Source: Candidatus Dasytiphilus stammeri
Lineage (GTDB): Bacteria > Pseudomonadota > Gammaproteobacteria > Enterobacterales > Enterobacteriaceae
Direction of reading: 5' to 3'
DNA length: 64,000 bases
Assembly: GCA_045290365.1 (NCBI GenBank)
Contig: CP145882.1
Span: 492,189 to 556,188 of the forward strand
Shown one piece after another: positions 1 to 11,410 of the stretch. Within the stretch, counting starts at the first letter, position 1. Every line of letters starts with the position of its first letter. The notes beneath the pieces were generated by a model, which ran no database searches, was not told the DNA's origin, and was given only the letters and a program-made list of their open reading frames with translations. The translations under genes and the position numbers were made by a program.

Positions 1-1224
1 TAGACTATAACCGCGTATAAGTGTAGCTAGCGGACTAAGAGTTTCAAGTTGGGCAACCGTAGAAACCAGATGTTGACGGTATTTATTAAATAATCTAGAG
101 ATAGATTTTTGTATTATATATTGCAATTGCTGAAGTGTTTTATGCAAGCGATAAATATTGAGTTGTGGCTGAATAGTAAATAAACGTTGTTCCAATAATG
201 TATATTGCTGAGTAGCATTTCGGAGTAGCATTTGCACAAGATCTTCTAATTGGTAATATTTTTCAGTTAAAAGAGTTCTTTGACGCATGATAGATAATTG
301 TGGATGATGTTGTTTGAGATGATGAAATAAAGATGTCAAAGAGTTATGTTGTTGTGCTAAAAAATAATCCATGGCCATTGCCAGACGTTGTTTTTGAGAT
401 TGTATTTGTCGTAATAATTCATTTTTATTGCGGCTCACCATTTCAGCGGCGGCTGATGGTGTAGGCGCTCGTACATCGGCAACAAAATCCGCGAGAGTAA
501 CATCCGTTTCATGGCCTACCGCACTTATAGTAGGAATTTTGCTGGCAAAGATCGCACGTACTACACGTTCATCATTAAAACACCATAAATCTTCCCAAGA
601 TCCACCACCACGACCGACAATGATCACATCGCACTCATTACGTTTATTAGCTATTTCAATCGCATACTTAATACTTTCTGGAGCAAGCTCTCCTTGTACT
701 ATGGCCTGATAAATTATTATCGATAATAATGGATCACGACGATGAAGTATTCTTAAGATATCATATAGGGCTGCTCCGGTAGTTGAGGTAATAATACCAA
801 CTTGTTGTGCTGGATTAGGTAACCCCTGTTTAAATTTATGATCAAATAATCCTTCAGTAAATAATAGGTTTCTTAATTGTTCATATTGTTGTTTTAATAT
901 TCCGTCACCGGCTGGTTGTATGCTTTCGGCAATAATTTGATAATCTCCCCTTGATTCATATAGCGTAATAGCTGCATGTACAACAATTTGCTGTCCGTTT
1001 TTAGGACAAAAGATGGCACGCCTATTACAGTTACGGAACATTACACAGCGCACCTGTGCGATATTATCTTTTAGCGTAAAATACCAGTGTCCCGAAGTCG
1101 GTTGAGAAAAATTAGAAACTTCAGCGTTTAACCAAATACTTTTTAGTTGTTTTTCCAGAAGTTCTCTTACGGTTTTATTAAGACGACTCACTGTAAAAAC
1201 GGTTGGTAAATATTTATGTGACAT
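1..1224 (-). CDS. xseA: Exodeoxyribonuclease VII large subunit (partial; 3' end runs off the window)
   Basis: The reverse-strand ATG at 1224 gives [65 protein letters not shown]..., close to E. coli XseA (..[46 protein letters not shown]..). No stop-bounded minus ORF is listed in 1-1224, and my hand check of 1-240 found no in-frame stop, so the frame is open to the window edge. It is divergent from guaB as in E. coli. Confidence 0.85.
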   Translation of the reverse strand, partial: MSHKYLPTVFTVSRLNKTVRELLEKQLKSIWLNAEVSNFSQPTSGHWYFTLKDNIAQVRCVMFRNCNRRAIFCPKNGQQIVVHAAITLYESRGDYQIIAESIQPAGDGILKQQYEQLRNLLFTEGLFDHKFKQGLPNPAQQVGIITSTTGAALYDILRILHRRDPLLSIIIYQAIVQGELAPESIKYAIEIANKRNECDVIIVGRGGGSWEDLWCFNDERVVRAIFASKIPTISAVGHETDVTLADFVADVRAPTPSAAAEMVSRNKNELLRQIQSQKQRLAMAMDYFLAQQHNSLTSLFHHLKQHHPQLSIMRQRTLLTEKYYQLEDLVQMLLRNATQQYTLLEQRLFTIQPQLNIYRLHKTLQQLQYIIQKSISRLFNKYRQHLVSTVAQLETLSPLATLIRGYSL

Positions 1225-1367
1225 TAAAGTAAAATTATTAATCAAATGAATTATCAAATATTACCTATCTGTAATAGATGATCAATAGTTTTTTAATAAA
1301 ATAATAGAGATGAATTAATCTGGAATGTATAATCTCATAAAATATTTTAAGGAATGGAGATATTTTA

Positions 1368-2828
1368 ATGCTACGTATAGCTAAAGAAGCACTGACATTT
1401 GATGATGTTTTACTAGTTCCTGCTCATTCGACAGTTTTACCTCATACAGCAGTTTTGAGTACTTGGTTAACCAATAAGATTGCTTTAAACATTCCTCTGT
1501 TATCTGCTGCTATGGATACAGTTACTGAATCTACTTTAGCTATTAGTTTAGCACAAGAAGGAGGATTAGGTTTTATTCATAAAAATATGTCAATTGAGCA
1601 ACAGGCAGAAGAAGTACGTAAGGTTAAAAAACATGAAAGTGGTATGGTCCTCGATCCACAAACGGTATTACCTGAAACCAGATTATGGGAAGTAAAAATT
1701 TTGACTAAACGTAATGGTTTTGCTGGTTATCCAGTGGTAAATAAGAATCATGAACTAATTGGAATCGTTACTCGACGTGATCTTCGTTTTGTTACAGATC
1801 TTAATAAACCTGTTTTTGCCGTCATGACGCCAAAAGATCGTTTAGTAACAATTAAAGATGGAGAATCCCGCGATGTTGTTTTACAAAAAATGCATGAAAA
1901 ACGTGTAGAAAAAGCCTTGGTAGTAGATGCCAATTTTCATTTACGCGGCATGGTAACAGTCAAGGATTTTCAAAAAGCAGAACGTCAACCTTATGCATGC
2001 AAAGATGAACAAGGGCGTCTACGTGTTGGTGCTGCTGTGGGAGTTGGAATTGGAAATTATAAACGTATTGATGCTCTAGTAGCCGCCGAAGTTGATGTAT
2101 TACTAATTGATTCTTCACATGGTCATTCAGAAGGAGTATTACAGTGTATTCGTGAAACACGTGACAGATATCAAAACCTGCAAATTGTTGGAGGTAATAT
2201 AGCAACTGCCGCAGGTGCCTTAGCATTAGTAGATGCGGGTGTGAACGCTGTTAAAGTAGGTATTGGACCTGGTTCAATTTGTACTACTCGTATCATTACT
2301 GGTGTAGGGATACCACAAATTACTGCCGTTTCTGATGCGGTAGCTGCTTTACATGAATCGGGGATTCCCGTGATAGCAGATGGAGGGATTAGATTTTCCG
2401 GAGATATAGCTAAAGCAATTGCGGCTGGTGCCTCGTGCGTTATGATAGGTTCATTATTAGCTGGAACTGAAGAATCTCCAGGAGAAATTGAATTGTACCA
2501 TGGACGCGCTTTTAAATCATATCGTGGTATGGGTTCTCTCGGATCAATGTCACATGGTTCATCAGATCGGTATTTTCAAAATCAAAATCTTGCCAAACTA
2601 GTACCAGAAGGTATTGAAGGACGTGTAGCTTATAAAGGGAAACTTAAAGAAATTATTCATCAGCAAATGGGTGGCTTAAAATCCTGTATGGGTCTAACAG
2701 GGTGTAGTACTATTGAAGAATTACGTACCAAAGCACAATTTGTACGTATTAGTAATGCCGGTATTACCGAGAGTCATGTTCATGATGTAATTTTGACAAA
2801 AGAACCTCCCAATTATCCGATGCATTAA
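1368..2828 (+). CDS. guaB: IMP dehydrogenase
   Basis: The 486-aa ORF starts [18 protein letters not shown]. It has the catalytic loop [11 protein letters not shown] and a CBS-pair insert. It lies directly upstream of guaA. Confidence 0.97.
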   Translation: MLRIAKEALTFDDVLLVPAHSTVLPHTAVLSTWLTNKIALNIPLLSAAMDTVTESTLAISLAQEGGLGFIHKNMSIEQQAEEVRKVKKHESGMVLDPQTVLPETRLWEVKILTKRNGFAGYPVVNKNHELIGIVTRRDLRFVTDLNKPVFAVMTPKDRLVTIKDGESRDVVLQKMHEKRVEKALVVDANFHLRGMVTVKDFQKAERQPYACKDEQGRLRVGAAVGVGIGNYKRIDALVAAEVDVLLIDSSHGHSEGVLQCIRETRDRYQNLQIVGGNIATAAGALALVDAGVNAVKVGIGPGSICTTRIITGVGIPQITAVSDAVAALHESGIPVIADGGIRFSGDIAKAIAAGASCVMIGSLLAGTEESPGEIELYHGRAFKSYRGMGSLGSMSHGSSDRYFQNQNLAKLVPEGIEGRVAYKGKLKEIIHQQMGGLKSCMGLTGCSTIEELRTKAQFVRISNAGITESHVHDVILTKEPPNYPMH

Positions 2829-2892
2829 TGAACGGTTTGATTTTAAAAGTAGCAATCACATATTTTTACTAAAAATTTCAATGGTATTAATT

Positions 2893-4452
2893 ATGATAGA
2901 AAATATTCATAGATACAGGATATTAATAATTGATTTTGGATCACAATATACTCAATTAATAGCTCGTCGCATACGAGAAATCGGAGTTTATTGTGAATTA
3001 TTTCCCTGGAATCTTACGGAAGAGCATCTTATTAAATTTAAACCTAATGGAATTATTCTTTCAGGGGGACCCGAAAGTACTACTGAACCTCACAGCCCAC
3101 GGGCACCAGATTATGTATTTAAGGTAGGATGTCCAGTATTAGGAATATGCTATGGTATGCATCTTATGGCTATACAGTTAGGTGGTAAAGTAGAGAAAAC
3201 ATCTAAACGAGAATTTGGTTCGGCACAAGTTAAAGTAGTTGCTGACAGTATGCTTATTCATGATATAAAAGATGCTCTTGGCAGTAAAGGATCGTTATTA
3301 GAAGTGTGGATGAGTCATGGTGATAAGGTTACAGTTCTTCCATCAGATTTTATCTCTCTAGCTGCTAATAATAGCTGTCCTATTGCTATGATGGCTAACG
3401 AACAGAAGTCTTTTTATGGTGTGCAATTTCATCCGGAAGTCACACATACTAAACAGGGACACCTTATACTGAAACGTTTTGTATGTGAGATTTGTGCTTG
3501 TAAATCTATCTGGATACCAGTTAATATAATTGAAGATATAGTTATAACCTTATACCATCAAATGGGTAACAATCAGGTTATTTTAGGTCTTTCCGGAGGA
3601 ATTGATTCTTTAGTTACAGCAATACTATTACATCATGCTATTGGTAGGCGATTAACCTGTATTTTTATTGATAACGGATTACTAAGAGTAAATGATATCA
3701 CAAATATAGATATATTAAAGAATCTTTTTGGGCTTCAAGTTACTCATATTTCCGCAGAAGAGCGATTTATTTCAGCACTAGCTGGAATCACTGATCCTGA
3801 AATTAAACGTAAAATTATTGGTCGGATTTTTATCAATATTTTTCATGAGATCGCAGAAAAATCTCCGTCAATAAAATGGCTTGCACAAGGGACGATTTAT
3901 CCTGATATCATTGAATCCATAGGTCAAGCACAGTTGATCAAATCACATCATAATGTAGGTGGACTACCTAAAAATATGAAACTTGGTCTAGTAGAACCTC
4001 TAAAAAAATTATTTAAAGATGAGGTACGAAAAATAGGATTAGAATTAAAAATACCTCATGATATATTATATCGGCATCCTTTTCCAGGACCTGGATTAGG
4101 AGTAAGGATCTTAGGAGAAGTAAAACCAGAATATTGCAAATTATTACGTCATGCAGATTCAATTTTTATTGAAGAGCTTTATAAAGCTAATTTATATTAT
4201 AAAATTAGTCAAGCGTTTGCTGTTTTTATCCCAGTGCGTTCAGTTGGTATTATGGGAGACGCTCGCAAGTATGATTGGGTTATTGCATTACGTGCGGTAG
4301 AAACTGTGGATTTTATGACAGCTAAGTGGGTAAAGTTACCTTATGATTTCCTTGAAGGGGTTTCTAATCGTATACTTAATGAAGTTCCAGGAATTTCCCG
4401 TGTAGTTTACGATATTTCTAGTAAACCACCTGCTACCATTGAATGGGAATAA
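2893..4452 (+). CDS. guaA: GMP synthase (glutamine-hydrolysing)
   Basis: [22 protein letters not shown] aligns with the E. coli GuaA N-terminus, so the track start at 2881 is probably an upstream extension. It has the GATase Cys (GICYGM), the PP-loop SGGIDS and the C-terminus KPPATIEWE. Confidence 0.96.
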   Translation: MIENIHRYRILIIDFGSQYTQLIARRIREIGVYCELFPWNLTEEHLIKFKPNGIILSGGPESTTEPHSPRAPDYVFKVGCPVLGICYGMHLMAIQLGGKVEKTSKREFGSAQVKVVADSMLIHDIKDALGSKGSLLEVWMSHGDKVTVLPSDFISLAANNSCPIAMMANEQKSFYGVQFHPEVTHTKQGHLILKRFVCEICACKSIWIPVNIIEDIVITLYHQMGNNQVILGLSGGIDSLVTAILLHHAIGRRLTCIFIDNGLLRVNDITNIDILKNLFGLQVTHISAEERFISALAGITDPEIKRKIIGRIFINIFHEIAEKSPSIKWLAQGTIYPDIIESIGQAQLIKSHHNVGGLPKNMKLGLVEPLKKLFKDEVRKIGLELKIPHDILYRHPFPGPGLGVRILGEVKPEYCKLLRHADSIFIEELYKANLYYKISQAFAVFIPVRSVGIMGDARKYDWVIALRAVETVDFMTAKWVKLPYDFLEGVSNRILNEVPGISRVVYDISSKPPATIEWE

Positions 4453-4455
4453 AAA

Positions 4456-4977
4456 TTAAAAGTTAATAATATTCTTGAATAGACCTACTTTTAAATCCTT
4501 TGCAGTATAAATCATCTTACTATCAACCGTTACTTCACCATCTGCTACTCCCATAATAATTTTTCTATTAATGACGCGTTTTAAATGGATTTGATACATT
4601 ACTTTTTGAGATGTTGGTAATATCTGCCCGGTAAATTTTACTTCCCCAACTCCAAGTGCACGACCTTTTCCTTTAGATCCCAACCAACCCAGATAAAATC
4701 CCACTAATTGCCACATTGCATCTAAGCCTAAACAACCCGGCATCACTGGATCTCTAATAAAGTGGCAATGAAAAAACCATAAATTAGAATCTATATCTAA
4801 TTCTGCTTCTACATGTCCTTTATTATATGATCCTCCATATTGAGATATATTAATGACACGATCTATCATTAACATATTACCGGCTGGTAAATTTGGGCCT
4901 TCCTTACTAAATAATTCACCTCTTCCAGAAGCTATTAAATCATCTTTAGTATAAGATTTACGTTTATCTCCTACCAT
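4456..4977 (-). CDS. fabA: 3-hydroxydecanoyl-ACP dehydratase/isomerase
   Basis: The 173-aa ORF contains [34 protein letters not shown], nearly identical to E. coli FabA. It is convergent with guaA with only 3 nt between the stop codons. Confidence 0.96.
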   Translation of the reverse strand: MVGDKRKSYTKDDLIASGRGELFSKEGPNLPAGNMLMIDRVINISQYGGSYNKGHVEAELDIDSNLWFFHCHFIRDPVMPGCLGLDAMWQLVGFYLGWLGSKGKGRALGVGEVKFTGQILPTSQKVMYQIHLKRVINRKIIMGVADGEVTVDSKMIYTAKDLKVGLFKNIINF

Positions 4978-5004
4978 GTTTCAAGCCTTCCCTCCCTAAT
5001 ACTT

Positions 5005-6756
5005 TTATTTCAACCATTTTTTCCAAGGTAAAAACCATCTTTTGCGTTTAAAAATTTTGCTAGTATTTATTTTAGTAATGCGATCTTTAATTTTTTGCAG
5101 TAGACCAGGTTCATTATCGGCATTCCATTTCATTCCGGTTAATAATGGAATAGCATCATTCACATGGTTCACTATCCAAATATTAAATTTACCATTATGA
5201 ACTGCTTCGATAACATCTCTTTGCAAACATAAATTAGATAAATTGGTTCTGGGTATAATAACTCCTTGACTACCAGTTAATTTACGTTGATTGCAAATCT
5301 GAAAAAATCCCTCAATTTTTTCATTAATACACCCAATAGATTGTACATTGCCAAATTGATCTACTGATCCAGTAACAGCGATCTGCTGATCAATTGGTTG
5401 ACATGATAAAGCACTAATAATTGCACATAATCCTGCTAATGAAGCACTGTCACCATCTATTCTTAGGTAAGTTTGTTCAAAAACTAGTGATATGGAAAAT
5501 GGAAGGTGAGAGTCTAATTCTAAGGCAGCAATTAACCAAGATTGTATGATTATCATCCCCTTAGAATGAATATTTCCACCTAAATCCACTTTTCTTTCTA
5601 CATCCATTAATTCACCATCTCCATTATGTACAACACAACTAATACGTAATGGCTCTCCTAAAAGAGAAGGATAACCTGGTATTTCTATTACCGATAAACC
5701 ATTGATCTGTCCGATAACTTTTCCTTCAGTTTGAATAATTGTTTGACCAAGTAAAATTGACTCTCTTAAACGTGCGGCTAGATAATTTAACTGCCATTCT
5801 CTGGTTAATAAAGCACGTTGTAAACTTTCTCCATTCAGTTCTGATGAAGTACCATATTGTACTGATGAACCAAGTTGCATTTCAATCCAAACAGGACAAA
5901 GAGGTAAAAATTGTTGATTTCCTGTATAGCGTGCGGCGGCCTGAAATAAGACCGGCCAAAAATCTGCTGTAATGCGTGGTTTATTAGTTTTTAAAGCTAT
6001 CTGTGTTACCCATTGGCACCACATTAATACATTTTCTTCATTTAATACCTCTAATTCTTCTTCAAACTCACTGTAAATGCAAATGGAAGCTAACTTATGC
6101 TCCATCTCTCGAAATTCATCTAAGAGCTCCCTTTCACCAGTAAGAATTAGTTTAAAATATAATGGCATTGATGGAATACTCACAGGTAACGGTGTTTTTG
6201 TTAGTGATAACCAATCAAAGCGTTTTTGTATTAATATTTCTTTAATGCGGAACCATATTTTAGGTTGATCTAATAGGGCACGCAGTGCTAGTATTAGTAC
6301 CCCACCATTAGCACGATGTACTAAGCCAGGTTCTAGAGTAATTTGGTGCTTAAAAATCCGCACACATCCAAAGAGCTGCTCTGGAGTACTCCATTCAGAA
6401 TAGATTATTTCACCATTACTAGAAAAATTATCTTTTATAGAACGTGCTGGCTGCAAAATTATTGTGTCTTCTTGGATATGGTAGTGACCTCCTAGTAGAA
6501 TTTTTTCAGAAGTTTTTTGACGTGCCGAATTCGCAATCATAGAAAGATAATCAACATGTTCTGCACATTTAACTAACATCACGGGAATGGTGGCAGTGGA
6601 ATATTTTAATAGATCTTCTATCGCATTATTTAAACGAGGTTGAATATTATAAAAACATGTAGGATCCCCATTAAATTTAGATAAAAATAGATGTTGAAAT
6701 TTTGAAAGATCAGGTTGTAGCTCATACGATTTAAGTTTCTTATTCAAAGTCAGCAT
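5005..6756 (-). CDS. ycbZ: Lon-like (LonH/YcbZ family) protease
   Basis: The 583-aa ORF has a C-terminal Lon proteolytic domain with the serine motif IDGDSASLAG. It sits between fabA and ompA, exactly where E. coli ycbZ lies. Confidence 0.8.
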   Translation of the reverse strand: MLTLNKKLKSYELQPDLSKFQHLFLSKFNGDPTCFYNIQPRLNNAIEDLLKYSTATIPVMLVKCAEHVDYLSMIANSARQKTSEKILLGGHYHIQEDTIILQPARSIKDNFSSNGEIIYSEWSTPEQLFGCVRIFKHQITLEPGLVHRANGGVLILALRALLDQPKIWFRIKEILIQKRFDWLSLTKTPLPVSIPSMPLYFKLILTGERELLDEFREMEHKLASICIYSEFEEELEVLNEENVLMWCQWVTQIALKTNKPRITADFWPVLFQAAARYTGNQQFLPLCPVWIEMQLGSSVQYGTSSELNGESLQRALLTREWQLNYLAARLRESILLGQTIIQTEGKVIGQINGLSVIEIPGYPSLLGEPLRISCVVHNGDGELMDVERKVDLGGNIHSKGMIIIQSWLIAALELDSHLPFSISLVFEQTYLRIDGDSASLAGLCAIISALSCQPIDQQIAVTGSVDQFGNVQSIGCINEKIEGFFQICNQRKLTGSQGVIIPRTNLSNLCLQRDVIEAVHNGKFNIWIVNHVNDAIPLLTGMKWNADNEPGLLQKIKDRITKINTSKIFKRKRWFLPWKKWLK

Positions 6757-6779
6757 AATAATCTAGTTAATTAAGAAAG

Positions 6780-6846
6780 TTATTCTACCTAATATTAAGA
6801 TATTAAGCATCAAAGATGCTCAATATCTTAATATTAGGTAGAATAA
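6780..6846. repeat. 67-nt near-perfect palindrome (25 bp + 6 bp stem, one mismatch, 3-nt loop)
   Basis: The left arm 6781-6804 (tattctacctaatattaagatatt) is the exact reverse complement of 6822-6845, and 6780/6846 also pair. The inner segments 6806-6811 and 6815-6820 pair, with loop aaa. It lies between the ompA 3' end and the ycbZ 5' end. Confidence 0.9.
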
Positions 6847-6873
6847 TTTAAAAGTTTTTTCTAATAAAAATTT

Positions 6874-6902
6874 TTAAAATTATAACCCCCATACTATGGG
6901 GG
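6874..6902 (-). terminator. Probable rho-independent terminator of ompA
   Basis: A GC-rich hairpin ccccc-atactat-ggggg lies at 6886-6902, about 40 nt after the ompA stop. It is followed on the minus strand by the T-rich run TTATAATTTTAAAAATTT. Confidence 0.6.
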
Positions 6903-6941
6903 CTATATGATACTACAAATATAGAAGATAATTTTCTATTT

Positions 6942-8030
6942 TTAGATAACTCGGTTTTGTGGTATGCTTACTTCTTTGATACCAGTCACCTCTATTTCTA
7001 CGCGACGATCTGGTGATAAGCAATTAATTAAAGCAGAACCACTTTTTAGATCACACCTGTGATCAGTAATAGGATTATATTCTCCCATACCGCGAACTAA
7101 AATTTTTTCGGCGGGCAGACCTTTTAAAATCAGATAATCTGCAACAGATTGAGCACGTTTTTCAGATAACTTCTGATTATATGATATTGAACCGATGCGA
7201 TCAGTATAACCGATTACTATAGTCTGACTATCGTTTGGATCTATAGTTTTTATTTGGGAGTATAATTGATCTAGTTCTTGCTTGCCCTGCTGTTTTAAGG
7301 TTGTTTTATCAAAGTTAAAGAGAACATCTGATTTAAGGGTAAAATGTTTATTTTCTATTAATGGTTCTTGAACTGGCATCTGTGTACTAATGTTAGTAAC
7401 ATGTGGTACGTCTACTACTTCATGATTAAATCGATAAGTAAGACCTAAACTTAGCATTCCATTGTCTGGGGTAGTACCTACAGAATCCACATCTCCTATA
7501 TTATTAATCCATTGGTAATCTAACCTGCTTACTAGATTTTTAGATAAAGAGTATTCGAGACCTACAGCACCTAAAGGTGAAATGCCTGTATCATGATCTT
7601 GGATTTTACCCCAAATTGGATTATTTTGTGTTGATTCAGCATGCCAAACCATACCACCTAAGCGGGTATAGACTCCCATATTATTAGTAATAGGATAACT
7701 TAGTTTGGTAGTAAGTTGTGCTCCATAAGCTTTAAATGCTCCATTAACTACAGTACCTTTATTGGGCATACGACCTAACCAATCATAGCCTAATTCCCAT
7801 CCGAGATAAGGATTCAATTGATAACCAAGAATAGCACCAGTACCAAGTTGATTTTCATGAGTTGGACCATCATTATTTATGTAACCATTGCCATAGTAAT
7901 CTTTATTATGGTATTGAGACCATCCAAATTTTGCACCAGTATACCAATTGTTATCTGTGGTAGTAGATTGCGCCATAGTAGCGAATCCAACCAGTGCCAC
8001 TGCAATTGTGATAGCTGTTTTTTTCTTCAT
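6942..8030 (-). CDS. ompA: Outer membrane protein A
   Basis: The ORF has a signal peptide [21 protein letters not shown]. It then reads [16 protein letters not shown]...[35 protein letters not shown], followed by [19 protein letters not shown] and [15 protein letters not shown]. This is very close to enterobacterial OmpA. Confidence 0.97.
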   Translation of the reverse strand: MKKKTAITIAVALVGFATMAQSTTTDNNWYTGAKFGWSQYHNKDYYGNGYINNDGPTHENQLGTGAILGYQLNPYLGWELGYDWLGRMPNKGTVVNGAFKAYGAQLTTKLSYPITNNMGVYTRLGGMVWHAESTQNNPIWGKIQDHDTGISPLGAVGLEYSLSKNLVSRLDYQWINNIGDVDSVGTTPDNGMLSLGLTYRFNHEVVDVPHVTNISTQMPVQEPLIENKHFTLKSDVLFNFDKTTLKQQGKQELDQLYSQIKTIDPNDSQTIVIGYTDRIGSISYNQKLSEKRAQSVADYLILKGLPAEKILVRGMGEYNPITDHRCDLKSGSALINCLSPDRRVEIEVTGIKEVSIPQNRVI

Positions 8031-8234
8031 TTTTATGCCTCGTTATCATCAAAATAGGCTATAACCTTGTGTTATAAGCTATTTATTTAAGAACTTGCTA
8101 AGGTAATTAATCTAATTATATTATTTTGCCTGGTAATCTCTAAACTAATATTACAAATAGATAGAACTCCCTAGCTAATTAAAGTCTATAACGTAGTCAA
8201 AAACTTACAAGTATGTTGTAATCATATATTATAA

Positions 8235-8298
8235 AATATATTAAGAATTTTTTATAAAATTCTTAATATATTCTCTTAAGATAATGCTATCTTAAGAG
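8235..8298. repeat. Two abutting perfect hairpins (17-bp stem, then 11-bp stem)
   Basis: Segment 8235-8251 (aatatattaagaatttt) pairs with 8256-8272. Segment 8273-8283 (ctcttaagata) pairs with 8288-8298. Both lie in the ompA/pyrC divergent spacer. Confidence 0.85.
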
Positions 8299-8414
8299 TT
8301 TATACTACATTTATAATTATATTATAAATTTTATGATTCATTATTATACTAATAATAATCTAGCACTAAATATTCCCATGAAAGTTACTTTAACTTTTAT
8401 GAAAAGGTTAAATT

Positions 8415-9473
8415 ATGTATATTTCTACAGAAGAAATTATTATTCATCGTCCCGATGATTGGCATCTTCACTTACGTGACCATAATTTATTACAAACGGT
8501 GCTTCCTTTTACTAGTAGAATTTTTGCACGTGCCGTCATTATGCCAAATTTATTACCACCCATAACCAGTATTAATAGTGCTCTTAATTATCGCAAACGC
8601 ATTCTAGCAGTTTTACCTATCGAACATTGTTTCCAACCTTTGATGACTTGTTATATAACAGAAGATATCATTCCAAAAGAATTAATTATTGGTTTTAAAG
8701 AAATGGTTTTTGTAGCTGCCAAACTTTACTTTGCCAAAAGTACTACTAATAGCAATTGTGGTATAAAAGATCTTAAAAAAATTATTCCGATTTTAGAAGA
8801 GATGCAAAAGGTTGGAATGCCTCTATTGATACATGGAGAAATATCGAATGCTCAAGTGGATATTTTTGACCGTGAGGTTAGATTTATTGAAGACATTTTA
8901 GAACCCTTGCGGAAAAATTTACCAGAATTAAAGATTATTCTTGAACATATCAGCACCAAAGAAGCGGCTCAGTATGTTTTAGAAGGAGATCGTTATATTG
9001 CGGCAACTATTACACCACAACATTTAATGTTGAATCGTAATCATATGTTAGTTAATGGTATTAATCCACATTTTTATTGTCTACCGGTACTAAATCGTGC
9101 AATTGATCAGCAGGCATTACGTGAAGTTATTAAGACGGGTTGCGATCGGTTTTTTATTGGTACCGATAGTGCCCCTCATCTTAAACGCCATAAAGAAGGT
9201 AAAAGAGGATGTGCTGGTATATTTAACGCACCTACTGCTCTTTCAGCTTATACTACCGTGTTTGAAGAAATGAATGCTTTACCTTATTTAGAATCTTTTT
9301 GTGCTATCAATGGTCCGCGCTATTATGGTTTACCTTTAAATAAAGATAAGATTAAACTAGTACGTATTCCTTGGACTGTTCCAAATAAAATTAAGGTAGA
9401 TAATAGAGATCAATTAGTTCCTTTTCTTGCTGGAAAAAATCTTATCTGGTCAGTTATAACTAACGGGATATAA
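8415..9473 (+). CDS. pyrC: Dihydroorotase
   Basis: [20 protein letters not shown] (the carboxylated Lys), [16 protein letters not shown] and GTDSAPH all align with E. coli PyrC. Confidence 0.95.
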   Translation: MYISTEEIIIHRPDDWHLHLRDHNLLQTVLPFTSRIFARAVIMPNLLPPITSINSALNYRKRILAVLPIEHCFQPLMTCYITEDIIPKELIIGFKEMVFVAAKLYFAKSTTNSNCGIKDLKKIIPILEEMQKVGMPLLIHGEISNAQVDIFDREVRFIEDILEPLRKNLPELKIILEHISTKEAAQYVLEGDRYIAATITPQHLMLNRNHMLVNGINPHFYCLPVLNRAIDQQALREVIKTGCDRFFIGTDSAPHLKRHKEGKRGCAGIFNAPTALSAYTTVFEEMNALPYLESFCAINGPRYYGLPLNKDKIKLVRIPWTVPNKIKVDNRDQLVPFLAGKNLIWSVITNGI

Positions 9474-9474
9474 A

Positions 9475-10089
9475 TTGAACGTGAAAAAAATTTTATTAGC
9501 TACTTCAAATACAGGAAAATTACTAGAATTTTTACAAATCATTAAACATCATTATTCGGTTCAATTTATTATTAAACCAATTTCTAAAGATATAGGAAAT
9601 ATTCCAGAATCTGGAGGGAATTATTTAGAGAATGCTTTAATCAAAGCCAAGATAGTTTATCAATATTACCAATGTCCAGTTCTTTCTGATGATTCAGGAC
9701 TGGAACTAATAAAGTTTAACAATATTCCAGGGATTTATTCTGCTAGATACGCTGGAATTAATGCTACTGATCAACAGAATCGCCATAAATTAAAAAATTT
9801 TTTATTGTGTAATCATCTGACATCTACACCGGCAAGATACAGATGTGTCTTAGTTTACAAAAAAAATATTAATAATTTCAAAAAATTTGAAGCCGTATGG
9901 AACGGCAAGATAGTGACATATAATAAGATTGATAACGGATTTGGTTACGATCCAATGTTTATCCCAATTGGTTTTAATCAAACCGTTGCTGAAATAGATA
10001 TAGAATCTAAAAATCAATATTCTCATCGAGCTCAAGCAGTGATGAATTTTGTAAAATTTATAGATGATTATTTTAACAAGAGCGATTAA
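9475..10089 (+). CDS. rdgB: dITP/XTP pyrophosphatase (RdgB/HAM1 family)
   Basis: It carries LATSNTGKLLEF, SDDSGLE..IPGIYSARYAG, FGYDPMF and SHRAQA. It uses a TTG/GTG start 1 nt after the pyrC stop. Confidence 0.88.
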   Translation: MNVKKILLATSNTGKLLEFLQIIKHHYSVQFIIKPISKDIGNIPESGGNYLENALIKAKIVYQYYQCPVLSDDSGLELIKFNNIPGIYSARYAGINATDQQNRHKLKNFLLCNHLTSTPARYRCVLVYKKNINNFKKFEAVWNGKIVTYNKIDNGFGYDPMFIPIGFNQTVAEIDIESKNQYSHRAQAVMNFVKFIDDYFNKSD

Positions 10090-10447
10090 TTTGTTAATGG
10101 ATAATTCTCAATTGGACATGATCTCATTCAGCTATAAAAAATGTTCATAATTCTTTTCTAGACACCTAAGAGGTTCACTTAGATGACGTTTATAACAGAT
10201 TGATTTGAACCATTTTTTTTTATTGATTGTCCAAGGCTAAGATTTATTAGCCTTGGAATGACCACGATAGTGATCAGAGATCATATCTCTTTTATTATCA
10301 AGCATCTAATATGCGATAAGAATGAGTAATATTTCAATTAGCATAAAGATAAGTATCTATCCTAGTTAGAATACTTAATAGATAAATCATTTACCATTAA
10401 TTATATTAATACCTTATAACCAAGTGTTCTCTTCTATTGATATTAGA

Positions 10448-10981
10448 TTAGAAGGGAATATCATCAAAATCTACTTGAGTATCATTATCTGATTCTGATA
10501 AAAGCTCATTAGATTGTGTTGGAAATGAGGTTTGACTCTTATTGCTACCTAATTTATTGGGTGTTGAGGTGGTGGAAGATGGTGCCCAGTTATTATTGGT
10601 CGGAGGAGATTGCATAACATAGTTTTTTACAGCTCTCTTCCCGAGCATTTGCATAGTGCCATGAGTCGTGACAACAATCTCAGTTGTATATCTTTCATGC
10701 CCATTTTGATCTTGCCATTTTCTGGTTTGTAAAGAACCTTCAATATAAACCTGTGCTCCTTTATGTAAAAATTCTCCGGCGACTTCAGCTAATTTCCCAA
10801 ATAAAACTACACGATGCCATTCAGTTTTTTCTCTAGTTTCTCCAGTTTGTTTATCACGCCAGTTTTCTGAGGTAGCGAGAGTAATATTAGTTACTGCTCC
10901 ACCATTTGGCATATAACGAATCTCTGGATTTTGACCTAAATTTCCAATCAGAATTACTTTATTTATACCCCTGCTGGTCAT
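10448..10981 (-). CDS. ssb: Single-stranded DNA-binding protein
   Basis: It starts [48 protein letters not shown] and has the acidic tail DFDDIPF. Confidence 0.97.
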   Translation of the reverse strand: MTSRGINKVILIGNLGQNPEIRYMPNGGAVTNITLATSENWRDKQTGETREKTEWHRVVLFGKLAEVAGEFLHKGAQVYIEGSLQTRKWQDQNGHERYTTEIVVTTHGTMQMLGKRAVKNYVMQSPPTNNNWAPSSTTSTPNKLGSNKSQTSFPTQSNELLSESDNDTQVDFDDIPF

Positions 10982-11329
10982 TTGATTGAATCTCTATTAT
11001 CTATGATAGTATGTTTGTATTTTAACATATTACTGCTAAATTTAGTATTAATCATATTTCAAATATAATATTTGAGGGGTTAACTATCGTATTTATCTAT
11101 ATTAGATTGACTAAAGATCTAAAATAGAACAATATATCAATATAAAATAATACCATTTCTAAGTTAAGGTATATATCTTAATCTAAAATCCAACAGATTT
11201 TCAGAGATCTTCTGCTACTATAAAATCTATAGTAATTATCTTGAGGAATTTTACCATCAATCTTAATAAGAAATTGATCTTCAGTATTTAGGACTCTATA
11301 AAATTACATGAGCATTTTAAATTTAGTAT

Positions 11330-11364
11330 TAGGAGATTCATCTTTCGATAGAGAGAATCTCCTA
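11330..11364 (+). promoter_or_regulatory. 10-bp perfect stem hairpin in the presumed dnaB leader
   Basis: The arm taggagattc (11330-11339) pairs with gaatctccta (11355-11364) across a 15-nt loop. It ends 46 nt before the dnaB ATG. Confidence 0.35.
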
Positions 11365-11410
11365 CAACGAGAGTAGCTATTTAATAAAAATCAATTTTTA
11401 TAGAATCATT

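Noticed and set aside
428-709. A 93-aa + strand ORF at the start of the window.
   Set aside because: It lies entirely antisense within the well-supported xseA reading frame and has a low-complexity Ala/Ser/Thr/Arg composition typical of a shadow ORF. It has no Shine-Dalgarno sequence and no recognisable family.
1748-2226. Two minus-strand ORFs (61 and 88 aa) inside guaB. Similar antisense ORFs lie inside ycbZ, murF, murD, murG, dapF, uvrD, hslU, deoB, plsB, fpr and rho.
   Set aside because: All are embedded antisense in strongly conserved genes and have no recognisable motifs. They are the size expected by chance.
11031-11050. A LexA/SOS-box-like sequence, TACTGCTAAATTTAGTATTA, upstream of ssb.
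   Set aside because: It has the 5' CTG, but the position of the 3' CAG reads TAT. It does not satisfy CTG-N10-CAG.
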